Shown in pieces: positions 20,049-30,125 of a stretch of DNA of 64,000 bases (position 1 is its first letter; each line of letters opens with the position of its first letter). The stretch covers positions 77,160 to 141,159 of the forward strand of contig JADFZK010000001.1 in the NCBI GenBank assembly GCA_015232565.1. The letters are read 5' to 3'. The notes beneath the pieces were generated by a model. It was not told the DNA's origin. It saw only the letters and a program-made list of their open reading frames with translations, and ran no database searches. This DNA is from Candidatus Omnitrophota bacterium. Its GTDB lineage: Bacteria; Omnitrophota; Gorgyraeia; Zapsychrales; Fredricksoniimonadaceae. Made by a program: the position numbers and the translations under genes.

Positions 20049-21158
20049 ATGGCTGTTAATATTAGAAAGCTTACAACGTTTGCCCGATTCGCAATAATTA
20101 AGGCGGCCCCTTTTTTGTGGCCTGTTATGGCACTTCGTCCGTATTCTGCGACGATCAATATTACGGATAATTGCTGCCTTAAGTGTGTGATGTGTAATCA
20201 ATGGCAGACGTATCATAAAGATGAGCTGAGCAAGGATGAGTGGATGCGGATTCTGGGTGAGTTGTATGTCTGCGGGGTGCGGGAGATCAATTTGACTGGT
20301 GGTGAACCGTTGTGCCGATCCGATATTTTCGAGATCATTGCCGAGGCCGTTCGATTGGGGATCAAGGTCGGTGTGTCCTCAAATGGTGATATGATCGATG
20401 ATGAGATGGCAGATCAATTGCTCAGGTTAGGGGTTAAGGATATTACTATATCGGTTGATGCGATAGGGCTCGAGTATGACCGTTTACGCGGGGTTAAAGG
20501 GGCGTACCAAAGGGTTTATCGGGCTTTGGAGATACTGTCTGCCTATAACCGGGACCGGAGGATGTCGGTGCTGGTGGCATTTGTTTTGATGAAAGACACG
20601 TTGACTTCCTATAAGGAAGTGGTGAACGCTGTTAGCCCTCTGGGCATTCCTGTTGTTGTTAATTTGTTTGATACGAGTCCGTATTTCTTTCAGATCAAGG
20701 GAGCTAGGGAGAGGTTTTGGGTGACGGAAAAAGAGATGTCGCGGTTGGCGGACTTGCAACAGTTTTTTGTTGAGCAAATCCAGATAGCTTCGGTGTTCAC
20801 CAAGCATCGTTTTGTGGACATTGATTTCTTTAAACGCTATTTTCGGGATCCACTACAGAAGGATCTTCCTTGTTATGTTTCCCAAATTCGTTTGAACATA
20901 GGTCCTAAAGGGCAGATCTTTGGCGGATGTTGGTCTTTGGGTGTTCATGGCGATTTACGCAAGAATCGGCTTCAGGAGATACTCAAGTCCAAGGCTTATC
21001 GTGCGATCCAGCAGAAAATGTTCAATAAGCAGTGCCCGGGGTGTTCGTGTGGCTATATTACAACGTTAAATTATTCTTTAGGTAATTGGGTAAAGGAACT
21101 TGTTTATCGTGCTTTTCCATCGGCACGGAGGGGAATTTATGCTGGTGTCAAAAAATAA
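20049..21158 (+). CDS. Radical SAM protein with SPASM/twitch domain
   Basis: NCCLKCVMC (CxxxCxxC), LTGGEPL, ISVD and C-terminal PC...GQIFGGC...CPGCSC cysteines. Confidence 0.88.
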   Translation: MAVNIRKLTTFARFAIIKAAPFLWPVMALRPYSATINITDNCCLKCVMCNQWQTYHKDELSKDEWMRILGELYVCGVREINLTGGEPLCRSDIFEIIAEAVRLGIKVGVSSNGDMIDDEMADQLLRLGVKDITISVDAIGLEYDRLRGVKGAYQRVYRALEILSAYNRDRRMSVLVAFVLMKDTLTSYKEVVNAVSPLGIPVVVNLFDTSPYFFQIKGARERFWVTEKEMSRLADLQQFFVEQIQIASVFTKHRFVDIDFFKRYFRDPLQKDLPCYVSQIRLNIGPKGQIFGGCWSLGVHGDLRKNRLQEILKSKAYRAIQQKMFNKQCPGCSCGYITTLNYSLGNWVKELVYRAFPSARRGIYAGVKK

Positions 21159-21277
21159 ATGCGGAGTTTGGTCTGGCTGGGGAAGTATGTCGGCTGATGG
21201 TCAGCTGAATTCTTTCATCGGTAGCGCGGGCGTTCTGTTGGTGGCCATATCCTTGGGATGGTAGGGTTGTTTTCTAC

Positions 21278-22222
21278 ATGTGGAGAATGATGCGATCACT
21301 TGAAATAAAGCCGCATGGACTTATGTTCCATCATTTTTATAACGAGAAGCATTGCCGGGGGCAGGGGGCTATATCTATTGGCCAGTTTGAGGCTGTCCTG
21401 ACTCATTACGAGAAGCACATCCTTTCGGCTGAGGAGTGGTTTAATAGGGCGGTGAGCAACTCGTTAAAGGATCATGATATTTGCTTGACCTTTGATGATG
21501 CGTTATTGTGCCAGTATGAGGTTGCACTTCCGGTGTTGGAGCGGTATGGTTTGACCGCGTTCTGGTTTGTTTATTCCTCCGTGCTGGACGGAGGTTTGGA
21601 GAAACTAGAGATCTACCGGAAATTCAGGACAGTGTGTTATGCATGTATTGATGACTTTTATTTGGATTTCTTCTCGCGGGTGAAGGCTTCGGCTTATAAT
21701 GACGCAGTGGAGTTGGCGTTAAAAGGATATGCACATGACAATTGGAAGTATTGTCCGTTTTATTCTCCTAATGACACAAAGTTCAGGTATATAAGAGATG
21801 TTGCTTTGGGTGTTGATAAGTACCAGGAACTTATGGACAGGATGATTTGCGAACAAGGGATAGATTTGGCTTCTTTTGCTTCTGATCTGTGGATGACGAA
21901 AGAACATGTTAGGAGTTTGTGTGCACGCGGGCATGTCATAGGGTTACATTCGCATACTCATCCGACTGTTCTGGCTGATCTGCCCGCGACCGAACAGCAA
22001 AAAGAATATGGACAGAATTACCGGTTTCTTAGAGATCTTCTTGGTAAAAGCCCGGAAGTGGTCTCGCATCCTTGTAATTCTTATAATGTGGAGACTTTGA
22101 AGATCCTGGCTGCGCTTGGTATTCGGTTGGGGTTTCGGGCTAACATGGCAGATCATCAATATTCAAGGTTTGAATTCGCGCGGGAAGATCACGCGAATGT
22201 GATCCGGAGGATCGGGCAATGA
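21278..22222 (+). CDS. Polysaccharide deacetylase (CE4/NodB) family protein
   Basis: LMFHHF, CLTFDDAL, IGLHSHTHP and SHPCNSY motifs. Confidence 0.85.
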   Translation: MWRMMRSLEIKPHGLMFHHFYNEKHCRGQGAISIGQFEAVLTHYEKHILSAEEWFNRAVSNSLKDHDICLTFDDALLCQYEVALPVLERYGLTAFWFVYSSVLDGGLEKLEIYRKFRTVCYACIDDFYLDFFSRVKASAYNDAVELALKGYAHDNWKYCPFYSPNDTKFRYIRDVALGVDKYQELMDRMICEQGIDLASFASDLWMTKEHVRSLCARGHVIGLHSHTHPTVLADLPATEQQKEYGQNYRFLRDLLGKSPEVVSHPCNSYNVETLKILAALGIRLGFRANMADHQYSRFEFAREDHANVIRRIGQ

Positions 22223-23013
22223 AAGTAACCGTGTTTACTAGTAATCAGCCTAGGCATATCGCGCTCATTCATCGTTTGGCGACGGTTGCCGATGAAGTCT
22301 TTGCAGTTTTGGAATGTAATACTGTTTTTCCGGGACAGGTTCAGGATTTCTTTAAACGAACCAATGTTATGCAGGAATATTTTAGGCATGTGATCGAAGC
22401 GGAGAGGATGGTTTTCGGGTCCCTGGACTTTTTGCCGTCAAATGTAAGGTCTTTATCTTTGAGGTCTGGAGACTTGAGCTTGCTGGACATGAGCGCACTT
22501 GTAGCGGCGTTCCAAAGTGATTATTATATTGTTTTCGGGAGCAGTTATATCAGGAACGAGCTTGCTGATTTTTTGGTAGAGCATCAGGCGATTAATATTC
22601 ATATGGGTGTGTCACCTTATTATCGTGGAAATAGTTGTAATTTCTGGGCGCTTTATGACCGGAAGCCGGATTATGTGGGGGCGACGATCCATTTGCTGTC
22701 CAAGGGGCTGGATTCTGGCGCTATGCTGTTTCATGCTGTTCCCGCGGAGCAGGCAGTGGATCCCTTCGAGTTGGGCATGTTGGCGGTTCGGGCCGCGCAG
22801 AATGGCTTGTTGCAAGCGTTAAAGACGGGAGAGTTACTGAAGATGGTGCCCGTGCTTCAGGACAAGAGTCTCCAGATTAGGTATACTCGTAATAGCGATT
22901 TTAATGACGATGTTGCTTCCGGCTATTTAAGAAGCTTGCCGGGGAAGAATGACATTGGCCGTGCGTTAAGAGACCGGGATGTGGGATTGTTGTTGCGGCC
23001 TTATATTGAATAG
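22219..23013 (+). CDS. Formyltransferase family protein (N10-formyl-THF-dependent fold)
   Basis: AINIHMGVSPYYRG and GATIHLLSKGLDSG carry the NxH and DxG catalytic motifs. ATGA overlap with the deacetylase. Confidence 0.78.
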   Translation: MKVTVFTSNQPRHIALIHRLATVADEVFAVLECNTVFPGQVQDFFKRTNVMQEYFRHVIEAERMVFGSLDFLPSNVRSLSLRSGDLSLLDMSALVAAFQSDYYIVFGSSYIRNELADFLVEHQAINIHMGVSPYYRGNSCNFWALYDRKPDYVGATIHLLSKGLDSGAMLFHAVPAEQAVDPFELGMLAVRAAQNGLLQALKTGELLKMVPVLQDKSLQIRYTRNSDFNDDVASGYLRSLPGKNDIGRALRDRDVGLLLRPYIE

Positions 23014-23055
23014 AGTTCGTTTCTGGATCAGGCGTACAAGATAAGGAGAGGAATA

Positions 23056-25068
23056 ATGAACGTAGCTTTATTGGATCTCAACCATTTTACCCGCGGCGTG
23101 ACGAATAACACGGTGCCTCTTGGTCTGGGTATGATAGCCGCCTTTTTACGCAAACGGATCGGGGGTGCTCTGGACATCAGGATTTTCAAGGATACCAGCA
23201 AGGCCCTGGGTGTGTTTGCATCCTGGACTCCTGACGTGATCGGTCTTGCGCAGTATGTCTGGAACAGTGAACTCAATTTGTCCGTTGCCCGCATTGTTAA
23301 AGACAGGAATCCGCGTTGTTTTGTCGTCGTTGGTGGCCCTAACCTGGATTTGTCTGCGGCCCGGCGGATGCAGTATTTTATTGACCACCCGTTAGTGGAT
23401 GCCGGGATCCTTTATGATGGGGAGATCCCTTTTGCCGGGCTGGTTGGGAGGCTTATGGCCGGGGAGTCGCGGGAAAGCATCTGCCTGACCCCTTCGGCTG
23501 GTATGTACTCGTTTGACAGGAAAGAGAATGCTTTGCGGGAATCAGCCGAACCGCCGCCGCGTCTTTCCAGTCTTGACGAGATAGGGGCGATCTATGCCGA
23601 GGGCGTTTTTGACGAGTTTCTGAATGTTGGCTGTCATCCATTTCTGCAAACACATCGCGGGTGTCCTTTTACGTGTACGTTTTGCCATACTAGCGATTCC
23701 TATTATTCTCGGATGCTTTTTCTTTCCCCTGAGATATTTCGGCGTGAGATGGAGTGCCTGGGTAAACGCTATGCTGGCCGGCATGACGTGACCCTTTTTC
23801 TGGCCAACACGAATATGTCGCTTTTCCCGGAAGATTTTACGATCGCCGGGATCATTCGCGAGACTCAGGAGAAATACGATTGGCCGCGCAACATCAGCGT
23901 TAATTCGGGCAAAGATCCCAAGAAGTTGCTGGCAATGATGGATATACTCCGTTTTCAACCATCGATCGCACTTCAGACTTTGACGCCAGCTGTCCTGAAA
24001 AATATTAAAAGAATTAATATTCCTTTTGATAATTTTGTGTCTTTTCAGCGCGCAGTCCTTAAAGAGACCGGTGCCCCGTCGGTTACCGAATTGATCTTGT
24101 GTCTTCCAGGAGAGACCCGGGCCAGCTTTCTTGAAACGTTGTGCAGGGTGCTTAATTCCGGGGTTCAGTCGGTAGTGATCTATACGCTCATGTCGCTTAA
24201 AGGGACGGAACTGGTTTCGGAAGAGAGCATCCGTAAATATCGTTTCGATATTCGCCACAGGGTTGTTCCCCGGCAGTTTAGCGTTGTGTCTGGCCGGAAA
24301 GTTCTTGACACCGAGGCGGTTGTCGTAGCGACGGATACGATGTCCTTCGGAGATTATTTGGAATTACGGGGATTGTGTTTTACTGTGACCACGTTTTATA
24401 GTTCCCTTGAGTTGATGCCTATCAAGAAATTGCTCTTGGAAAGCGGTGTGGATGTTTCAGCTTGGGTGCTGGGCATTCACGCGCGATGTGCTCAGTTTCC
24501 TGATCTTGCGTATTATCATGATGAATTTATCAAGGAGACCCAGGCTGAACTATTTTTAACCCGGGAAGCGCTGACGGACTTTTTTGAGGATCCCCGGCAT
24601 TGGGAGGATCTGTGCCAGGGGCTTTACGGGGATAACCTTACGCGTAAGTATAAACAGTTGGTATTGACGAAATGTTATAAGACGCTGCTGGAAGTTGCTT
24701 TGTCCGAGGCAAGGGATTTGCTAGCCGCGAAGCTCCTGCCTGATATGCTCGAAGATCTTTTGCGTGATCTTAGGTCTTATTTGTCGGTCAGGGACGTACG
24801 GGACATTTTTGAAGGGACTTTGTCCCTTGAAGACAGGGTTGTAACTGTTGCGTATAATATTCCGTTATGGATGATGAACTCCAATCCCGCTCTTGGAATG
24901 AACGATTTTCGGGGCAGGACTTCATACCGGGTGATTTATCCTGTTGATATAAAGGAGAAAGCCCAGGAATTCGCGAGGTCGAATAAAGACAAGGAGTTGT
25001 CGTTGCAGATCATGTATCGCGATGGACTTATCAGTGATTTCTGGCCAAGATGGATTGAGAGCAAATGA
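23056..25068 (+). CDS. Large B12-binding-domain radical SAM protein
   Basis: PLGLGMIAA, VVGGPN, YDGEIPF, HRGCPFTCTFCH and ELILCLPGET motifs. GGAG-type RBS upstream. Confidence 0.85.
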   Translation: MNVALLDLNHFTRGVTNNTVPLGLGMIAAFLRKRIGGALDIRIFKDTSKALGVFASWTPDVIGLAQYVWNSELNLSVARIVKDRNPRCFVVVGGPNLDLSAARRMQYFIDHPLVDAGILYDGEIPFAGLVGRLMAGESRESICLTPSAGMYSFDRKENALRESAEPPPRLSSLDEIGAIYAEGVFDEFLNVGCHPFLQTHRGCPFTCTFCHTSDSYYSRMLFLSPEIFRREMECLGKRYAGRHDVTLFLANTNMSLFPEDFTIAGIIRETQEKYDWPRNISVNSGKDPKKLLAMMDILRFQPSIALQTLTPAVLKNIKRINIPFDNFVSFQRAVLKETGAPSVTELILCLPGETRASFLETLCRVLNSGVQSVVIYTLMSLKGTELVSEESIRKYRFDIRHRVVPRQFSVVSGRKVLDTEAVVVATDTMSFGDYLELRGLCFTVTTFYSSLELMPIKKLLLESGVDVSAWVLGIHARCAQFPDLAYYHDEFIKETQAELFLTREALTDFFEDPRHWEDLCQGLYGDNLTRKYKQLVLTKCYKTLLEVALSEARDLLAAKLLPDMLEDLLRDLRSYLSVRDVRDIFEGTLSLEDRVVTVAYNIPLWMMNSNPALGMNDFRGRTSYRVIYPVDIKEKAQEFARSNKDKELSLQIMYRDGLISDFWPRWIESK

Positions 25069-25133
25069 CATTAATATCTGTAAGCCTCAAAAAGAAAGAA
25101 GTGGTTCGTTGAAGTCGATTGTTTGATGCCTGT

Positions 25134-25149
25134 TGGCACGATATTGGCT
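25134..25149 (+). promoter_or_regulatory. Possible sigma54 -24/-12 promoter
   Basis: TGGCACGATATTGGCT gives GG-N10-GC with TGGCACG. It lies in a 206-bp gap upstream of the 25275 gene. Confidence 0.3.
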
Positions 25150-25274
25150 GGAAATAGGTCTGGGATTCTTTGATCTCGAGAAATATCTGCCCTGATCGTA
25201 AGACGGCGTAGTTTCGCCGGCAAGTTTGTTAAGTGATCAACGAAGAAGCTGTTTGCACAATCTAATGTAATGAG

Positions 25275-26711
25275 GTGTTCATGTTGAAGATTGGTAAGTT
25301 CTCTGTGTCGTGGATCATCTTTAGCGTTATTCTGGTTTCTTTATGTTACCGTATCTATTTGGCATGCACTACGAATATGATCATTTGCTGGGATTCTTTG
25401 GAATATCGGGACTTGGGGCGCTTGCTTCAGAATAATGACTTCCTGTCTTATTTTAAGGGAGGCCCTAGGCGGGAACCGATTTATCCTGTTTTGGTGTCGG
25501 TGGCGATGCATATGGAGTCGTGGAGTGGAATTGTTTACACCAGGATTCTGGCCGGTATCGGGGTAGGGATACTTTTTATTACACAGGTGTTGATGTACAT
25601 TGTTTTGCGTAAACTTAATGTCCGCATCTGGATTTGCGCGTTCATTCTTTTATATTTTGGTTTTTCACCAGCGATAAACAATACTGCTTTCAGCTTATAT
25701 TCAGAGATCTCAGTCCTGCCGTGGACGTTATTAAGCGCCTTGTTGATCGCGAAATCTTTTGAGACCATTATATCAAAGAATATTGTGCGAAGTTTCTTTG
25801 CGGGGGCGGGGATCGGATCGCTTTTTGTGATTATGACAATGATCAAGGCTCCTTTTGAGCTTGTTTTCTTCGTTTTTGTGGGGCTTTATTTTGTGCTGCT
25901 GTTGCGGGCGTTCATACAAAAGAACAGGCCTGTTATCATAAAAGCACTTGTTTTTATCTTTACACTTTGTTTGGTGTATGAAGTCCCGGTTACCGCTTAC
26001 AAAATGTTAAACAAAGTTTTCAATAATAATTACGCTCTTACCGGAAGAGGTAGTTGGGCACTTTATGGCGGCGTTGCGCTTAAGACCGAGCCTATGACAG
26101 CCAGGAAGATATTGACTGCAATTGCGCATATTCCTGGTAATGGTGCCTGTATGCGTTTCTTTTCCGAGGAAGAATGTACTTATTGGGAAGCATTTTCTGC
26201 CAGTGATGGTTTTGGGTTAGGAAAGTATGGCCAGGTTAGTTCTACAACGCCAGCGGCCGATGTTGACAGGGTTATTTTGGGAGATTGCAAAAAAAGGATC
26301 CTGGAGCATCCTTTTCAGTATGTTTTCATGTCCAGTTTCGATTGGATAAAAATGTTTTTTTGGGAATCGACCAAGATAGGGTTCGTTGAATATCCGCCCT
26401 GGCTGGAAACATTGTATAATAAGACGATTTTTAAAGATGGTTTGCGTTTATTGGTGTCTCTAGGGTCTTTAATAGCTTTCATCATATTGTTGCTTTCTAT
26501 TAGAAATCCAGTAAAGTTGACTGATTCGCAATGTCCGGCCACTAAAGAGCAATATTTGCGTTTTACAATTTTCGTTATCTTATTGTTCTACACTGGTTTA
26601 CATTCGATGTTTAATACAGTAACGCGGTGGGCATTGCCTCTGGCTCCATTGTATCTTGTTTGCGTGGGTTACGCTTTGCAACTCTTGTGGCCAAAGCCTC
26701 GGAGCAAGTGA
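25275..26711 (+). CDS. Polytopic membrane protein, GT-C-like
   Basis: First-loop WDSLEY..RREPIYP (D..Y..R.P.YP pattern), YSE motif, C-terminal RWALP and many TMs. Confidence 0.6.
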   Translation: MFMLKIGKFSVSWIIFSVILVSLCYRIYLACTTNMIICWDSLEYRDLGRLLQNNDFLSYFKGGPRREPIYPVLVSVAMHMESWSGIVYTRILAGIGVGILFITQVLMYIVLRKLNVRIWICAFILLYFGFSPAINNTAFSLYSEISVLPWTLLSALLIAKSFETIISKNIVRSFFAGAGIGSLFVIMTMIKAPFELVFFVFVGLYFVLLLRAFIQKNRPVIIKALVFIFTLCLVYEVPVTAYKMLNKVFNNNYALTGRGSWALYGGVALKTEPMTARKILTAIAHIPGNGACMRFFSEEECTYWEAFSASDGFGLGKYGQVSSTTPAADVDRVILGDCKKRILEHPFQYVFMSSFDWIKMFFWESTKIGFVEYPPWLETLYNKTIFKDGLRLLVSLGSLIAFIILLLSIRNPVKLTDSQCPATKEQYLRFTIFVILLFYTGLHSMFNTVTRWALPLAPLYLVCVGYALQLLWPKPRSK

Positions 26712-26742
26712 TAATGTTGCCTTTTAACAATATTGGGAGCTT

Positions 26743-27504
26743 ATGATCCATTTCATCTTCCCCGTTTATAACGAAAAAGCCAATTTGCCGGAATTGATCG
26801 CGGGTATTCGCCGCCTTATGGCTGGCAAGGCTTACCGCATGGTGGCGGTCAATGACGGCTCTACCGACGGCTCGCTGGAATTCCTGAAAGAACAGCAAGG
26901 TGTGGATCTGGTAATTACCGGTTCGGTCATCAATATGAATGTCGGGGCGGTATTCTCCTCCGGGATCCATGAAGCGCTTAAGGGTGCCAAAGACGATGAT
27001 GTGATCGTCATTATGGAAAGTGACCAGACCAGTGAGCAAGAACTGGTCCTGCCGATGGCTGAGAGCATCGGCCTTGGAACTGCCGACATTGTTATAGCCT
27101 CGCGCTATGTTTCGGGAGGGAGATATGTTAATTTTCCTTTGCCGCGAGTGATCTTTAGCCATTGCGCCAATCGCCTTATGCGGGCTTTTTTCCCGGTTGC
27201 TTCAGTGCGTGATTACACAATATTCTTCCGGGCCTATCGGGCGGGCATCCTTAAGCGAGCCTCGGATTATTTCGGTCCGTTCGGCCTGATCCAGTCCAAA
27301 GGGTTTGTGGCCAACGCGGAACTCCTGGTAAAGCTGGCTTTCTTTACCGACCGTATTATGGAGGTTCCGTTCGTTTATAATTACGGCATGAAAAAAGGCG
27401 CCAGCAAGATCAACGTTCTGCGCACGATCAATGAGTACTTTACTCTGATAAATTATTTGAAACGCCTTATTTCGAAACATAGTGCTCTCGGGAGAAGAAT
27501 ATGA
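26743..27504 (+). CDS. GT2 polyprenol-phosphate glycosyltransferase (DPM1-like)
   Basis: FIFPVYNE, VNDGSTDGS, IMESD, DIVIASRY and FFRAYR motifs. Confidence 0.85.
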   Translation: MIHFIFPVYNEKANLPELIAGIRRLMAGKAYRMVAVNDGSTDGSLEFLKEQQGVDLVITGSVINMNVGAVFSSGIHEALKGAKDDDVIVIMESDQTSEQELVLPMAESIGLGTADIVIASRYVSGGRYVNFPLPRVIFSHCANRLMRAFFPVASVRDYTIFFRAYRAGILKRASDYFGPFGLIQSKGFVANAELLVKLAFFTDRIMEVPFVYNYGMKKGASKINVLRTINEYFTLINYLKRLISKHSALGRRI

Positions 27505-28538
27505 AGATCTTGATCACCGGCGGCGCCGGAATGGTGGGTTCGCACGCGGCGGAACATTTTGCCGGGCAGGGCAATCAGGTTCTGGTGTACGACAATCTTC
27601 TGCGTTCGCAGATCTTTGGGGTGGATACGCAGTCGGTCGAATTTAACTGGAAATATTTACAACGCTTCAAGAATATCAAGCTGGTCAAGGCCGATATCCG
27701 TGACCGGAAAACATTGGAAGCGACCTTACGGAAGTTCAAGCCCGATGCTGTTATTCATGCCGCGGGCCAGCCGGGTGTGGGGTTCTCCCTTAACGATCCT
27801 TGTGAAGACGCTTCCATTAATGCCACAGGTACACTGAACGTGGTCGAAGCTTTGCGTCAGGTTAACTCCAAAGCCGCGCTGGTTTACTGTTCCACAAATA
27901 AAGTCTACGGTGATAATGTTAACCTTTATCCCATCAGCGAGAAGAAGACCCGTTACGCCTTTCGGAACATCAAGGGTGTGCCGGAAACCTGTTCTATCGA
28001 TCATTGCGGCCATACTCCATATGGTGTATCCAAACTTACCGGCGATCTTTACGCCCAGGATGCCGCACAGTCGTTCGGTTTGCGCACCGGTGTTTTTCGG
28101 ATGAGTTGTACCTATGGCACCCGGCAATTTGGTTTTGAAGATCAGGGCTGGATCGCCTGGTTTGCTATCCGTTTTATGCAGGGCCGGCCGATCACGATAT
28201 ATGGCGACGGCAAACAGGTGCGCGATGTTCTATGGGTCGGCGATCTGGTTAATGCTTTCGATAAGTTTATTACACAGAAAGCGCCTTCCGGGGTTTTCAA
28301 CATGGGCGGCGGAGCGGATAATACGCTGTCCTTGCTTGAATTGCTCGAGCTCCTGGAAAGCATTACCGGCCGTGCGGTCAAGATCGGTTTCGACGACTGG
28401 CGCAAGTTCGACCAGAAAGTTTATATTTCCGATATTGCCAAGGTAAAGCGCGCGCTTAAATGGAAGCCGACCGTAGGGCCTCGTGAAGGCGTAAGCCGCA
28501 TTGTGCGCTGGATCCAGGATAATAGCAGGATCTTTTGA
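27501..28538 (+). CDS. CDP-paratose 2-epimerase (tyvelose epimerase, RfbE)-like SDR
   Basis: STNKVYG, HTPYGVSK and FRMSCTYGTRQFGFEDQGWIAWF (RfbE-type segment), plus GDGKQVRD. Confidence 0.75.
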   Translation: MKILITGGAGMVGSHAAEHFAGQGNQVLVYDNLLRSQIFGVDTQSVEFNWKYLQRFKNIKLVKADIRDRKTLEATLRKFKPDAVIHAAGQPGVGFSLNDPCEDASINATGTLNVVEALRQVNSKAALVYCSTNKVYGDNVNLYPISEKKTRYAFRNIKGVPETCSIDHCGHTPYGVSKLTGDLYAQDAAQSFGLRTGVFRMSCTYGTRQFGFEDQGWIAWFAIRFMQGRPITIYGDGKQVRDVLWVGDLVNAFDKFITQKAPSGVFNMGGGADNTLSLLELLELLESITGRAVKIGFDDWRKFDQKVYISDIAKVKRALKWKPTVGPREGVSRIVRWIQDNSRIF

Positions 28539-28566
28539 TCAACAATAAACGGATTGAGCGTTTCTG

Positions 28567-30081
28567 ATGAAAAGAGTTACCTGGTTGATCTTCCTTTCAG
28601 CTTTTCTTTTGCTTCGTCCATATAACTTCTCTACCACCGGACAAATGTATTCCGGTGATGATTGGTCTTATTTTGCGCATGCGTCCGCGTTGGCGTTTGG
28701 AGAATTCCCCTCTTATAGCAAGGAGTCCTGGATGACCGGAGAGGGTGTTCCGTCTCATTCGGTAGGTGCCGGAGTCCTGGCGGCCCCTTTTGTTTATCTG
28801 TTTTCGCGGTTAGATTTGCTAAATGGTAACGATATTGTTTCGGAACGAAAGCCGAACAACATTCCGGGTAGTTGGGCTTTATTCGGATTTGTGGTGGCGA
28901 GTTCAGTGTATTTCTGGTTAGCGTGTTTATTTCTTTTTCTTTCAGCTCGAATGTTCGTTAGCAGCACTGCCGCTTCCTGGGCGGTTATCGGGATGGTGTT
29001 GGTACAAGGCGCCCCGCTGTTTATTTTTCGTCGTCCGGTTTTCTCTCATGTTTATGAGCTGGTGTTATTGGCTTTCCTGGTCTGGTTGTTTTGCCGGGTG
29101 AAACAGGCCGGCGCGGTGTTCGGCCGGGGCAGTATGTTGGTGGCCGGAATAGCCGGTGGCCTTCTTTCTTTAACCAGACTGGATGATCTGGGTTTTGTAT
29201 TAGGTTTTCAGATCTTGTTCGTGTGGCAAATGAAGGGGGCCGTTTATCGTAAAGCGTTGGCCTTAGGCCTGATGGTTTTCCTGGGAGCCTTGGTGGTGGC
29301 GGTATTTAAAGTCTGGCCGGAAATGCTGGTTGCGCATCATTCTTTACATGGTGTTGATAATTTGATGAAGCACCTTTCTGTTTTGGATTATATGCGCAGG
29401 TTGTGGCATATCATCGTCGGGCCCGATTGGGGTTTGGTGTTTACGGCGCCTTTTATTCTGGTAACTGTCGTATTTTTGTATACTTCGGCTAACAGTGTTC
29501 TCGTTCAGTTTAAATGGATAAGTGTTTTGTTATTGATCAAGCTTTGGGTAGTGATGCAGTGGATGACCCAGGGTGGTTGGTATGGCTATCGTTATTTGCT
29601 TTTGAGTGCGATGGCCTTGTTGACAGTGCCGTTTGCGGTATTTCTGGAAGAGAAGGTTCTGAAAGGGGCATTATGGCGGCGAGTGGCAGTTGTGTTGATC
29701 GCTTTACCGCCACTTTTGTCGATGTTGTTCTTTGAGGGTAATGCCGAGGGGTTGACCTTGCATATTGTCGAGCAATATTTTGCTGTTAGTGGATGGGGTA
29801 ATAATATATATCAGTGGGAGGTGTGGAGAGCCTTATTGTGGACGCCTTTGGAGGCTGTTATGGTTTTGTGCAAAGGGGGAGTCTTGTATTTTTTCTATCT
29901 GTTCTGCCAGGCATTTTCTCTGGACAGCGTATTGCCAATTATTGTGCGTGGTAAATATCCGTCTTTTCAATGGGTCGTGCTGGTTAAGACTATTCTGGTT
30001 TATGTTATTCCGTTCGTTTTGTTTCTTTTATGGCAAGCCAGCAACTTTAAGCCCGGACGCAAAGCCTGGTTGCAAGAATAG
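28567..30081 (+). CDS. Polytopic membrane protein, GT-C-like
   Basis: SGDDWSYF first-loop DD motif, H.VGAGVLAAPF, GGWYGYRYL and about 11 TMs. Confidence 0.55.
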   Translation: MKRVTWLIFLSAFLLLRPYNFSTTGQMYSGDDWSYFAHASALAFGEFPSYSKESWMTGEGVPSHSVGAGVLAAPFVYLFSRLDLLNGNDIVSERKPNNIPGSWALFGFVVASSVYFWLACLFLFLSARMFVSSTAASWAVIGMVLVQGAPLFIFRRPVFSHVYELVLLAFLVWLFCRVKQAGAVFGRGSMLVAGIAGGLLSLTRLDDLGFVLGFQILFVWQMKGAVYRKALALGLMVFLGALVVAVFKVWPEMLVAHHSLHGVDNLMKHLSVLDYMRRLWHIIVGPDWGLVFTAPFILVTVVFLYTSANSVLVQFKWISVLLLIKLWVVMQWMTQGGWYGYRYLLLSAMALLTVPFAVFLEEKVLKGALWRRVAVVLIALPPLLSMLFFEGNAEGLTLHIVEQYFAVSGWGNNIYQWEVWRALLWTPLEAVMVLCKGGVLYFFYLFCQAFSLDSVLPIIVRGKYPSFQWVVLVKTILVYVIPFVLFLLWQASNFKPGRKAWLQE

Positions 30082-30125
30082 GGCGATATAACAACCGCAG
30101 AACACCCAAGAAAATATTGTTTGCG

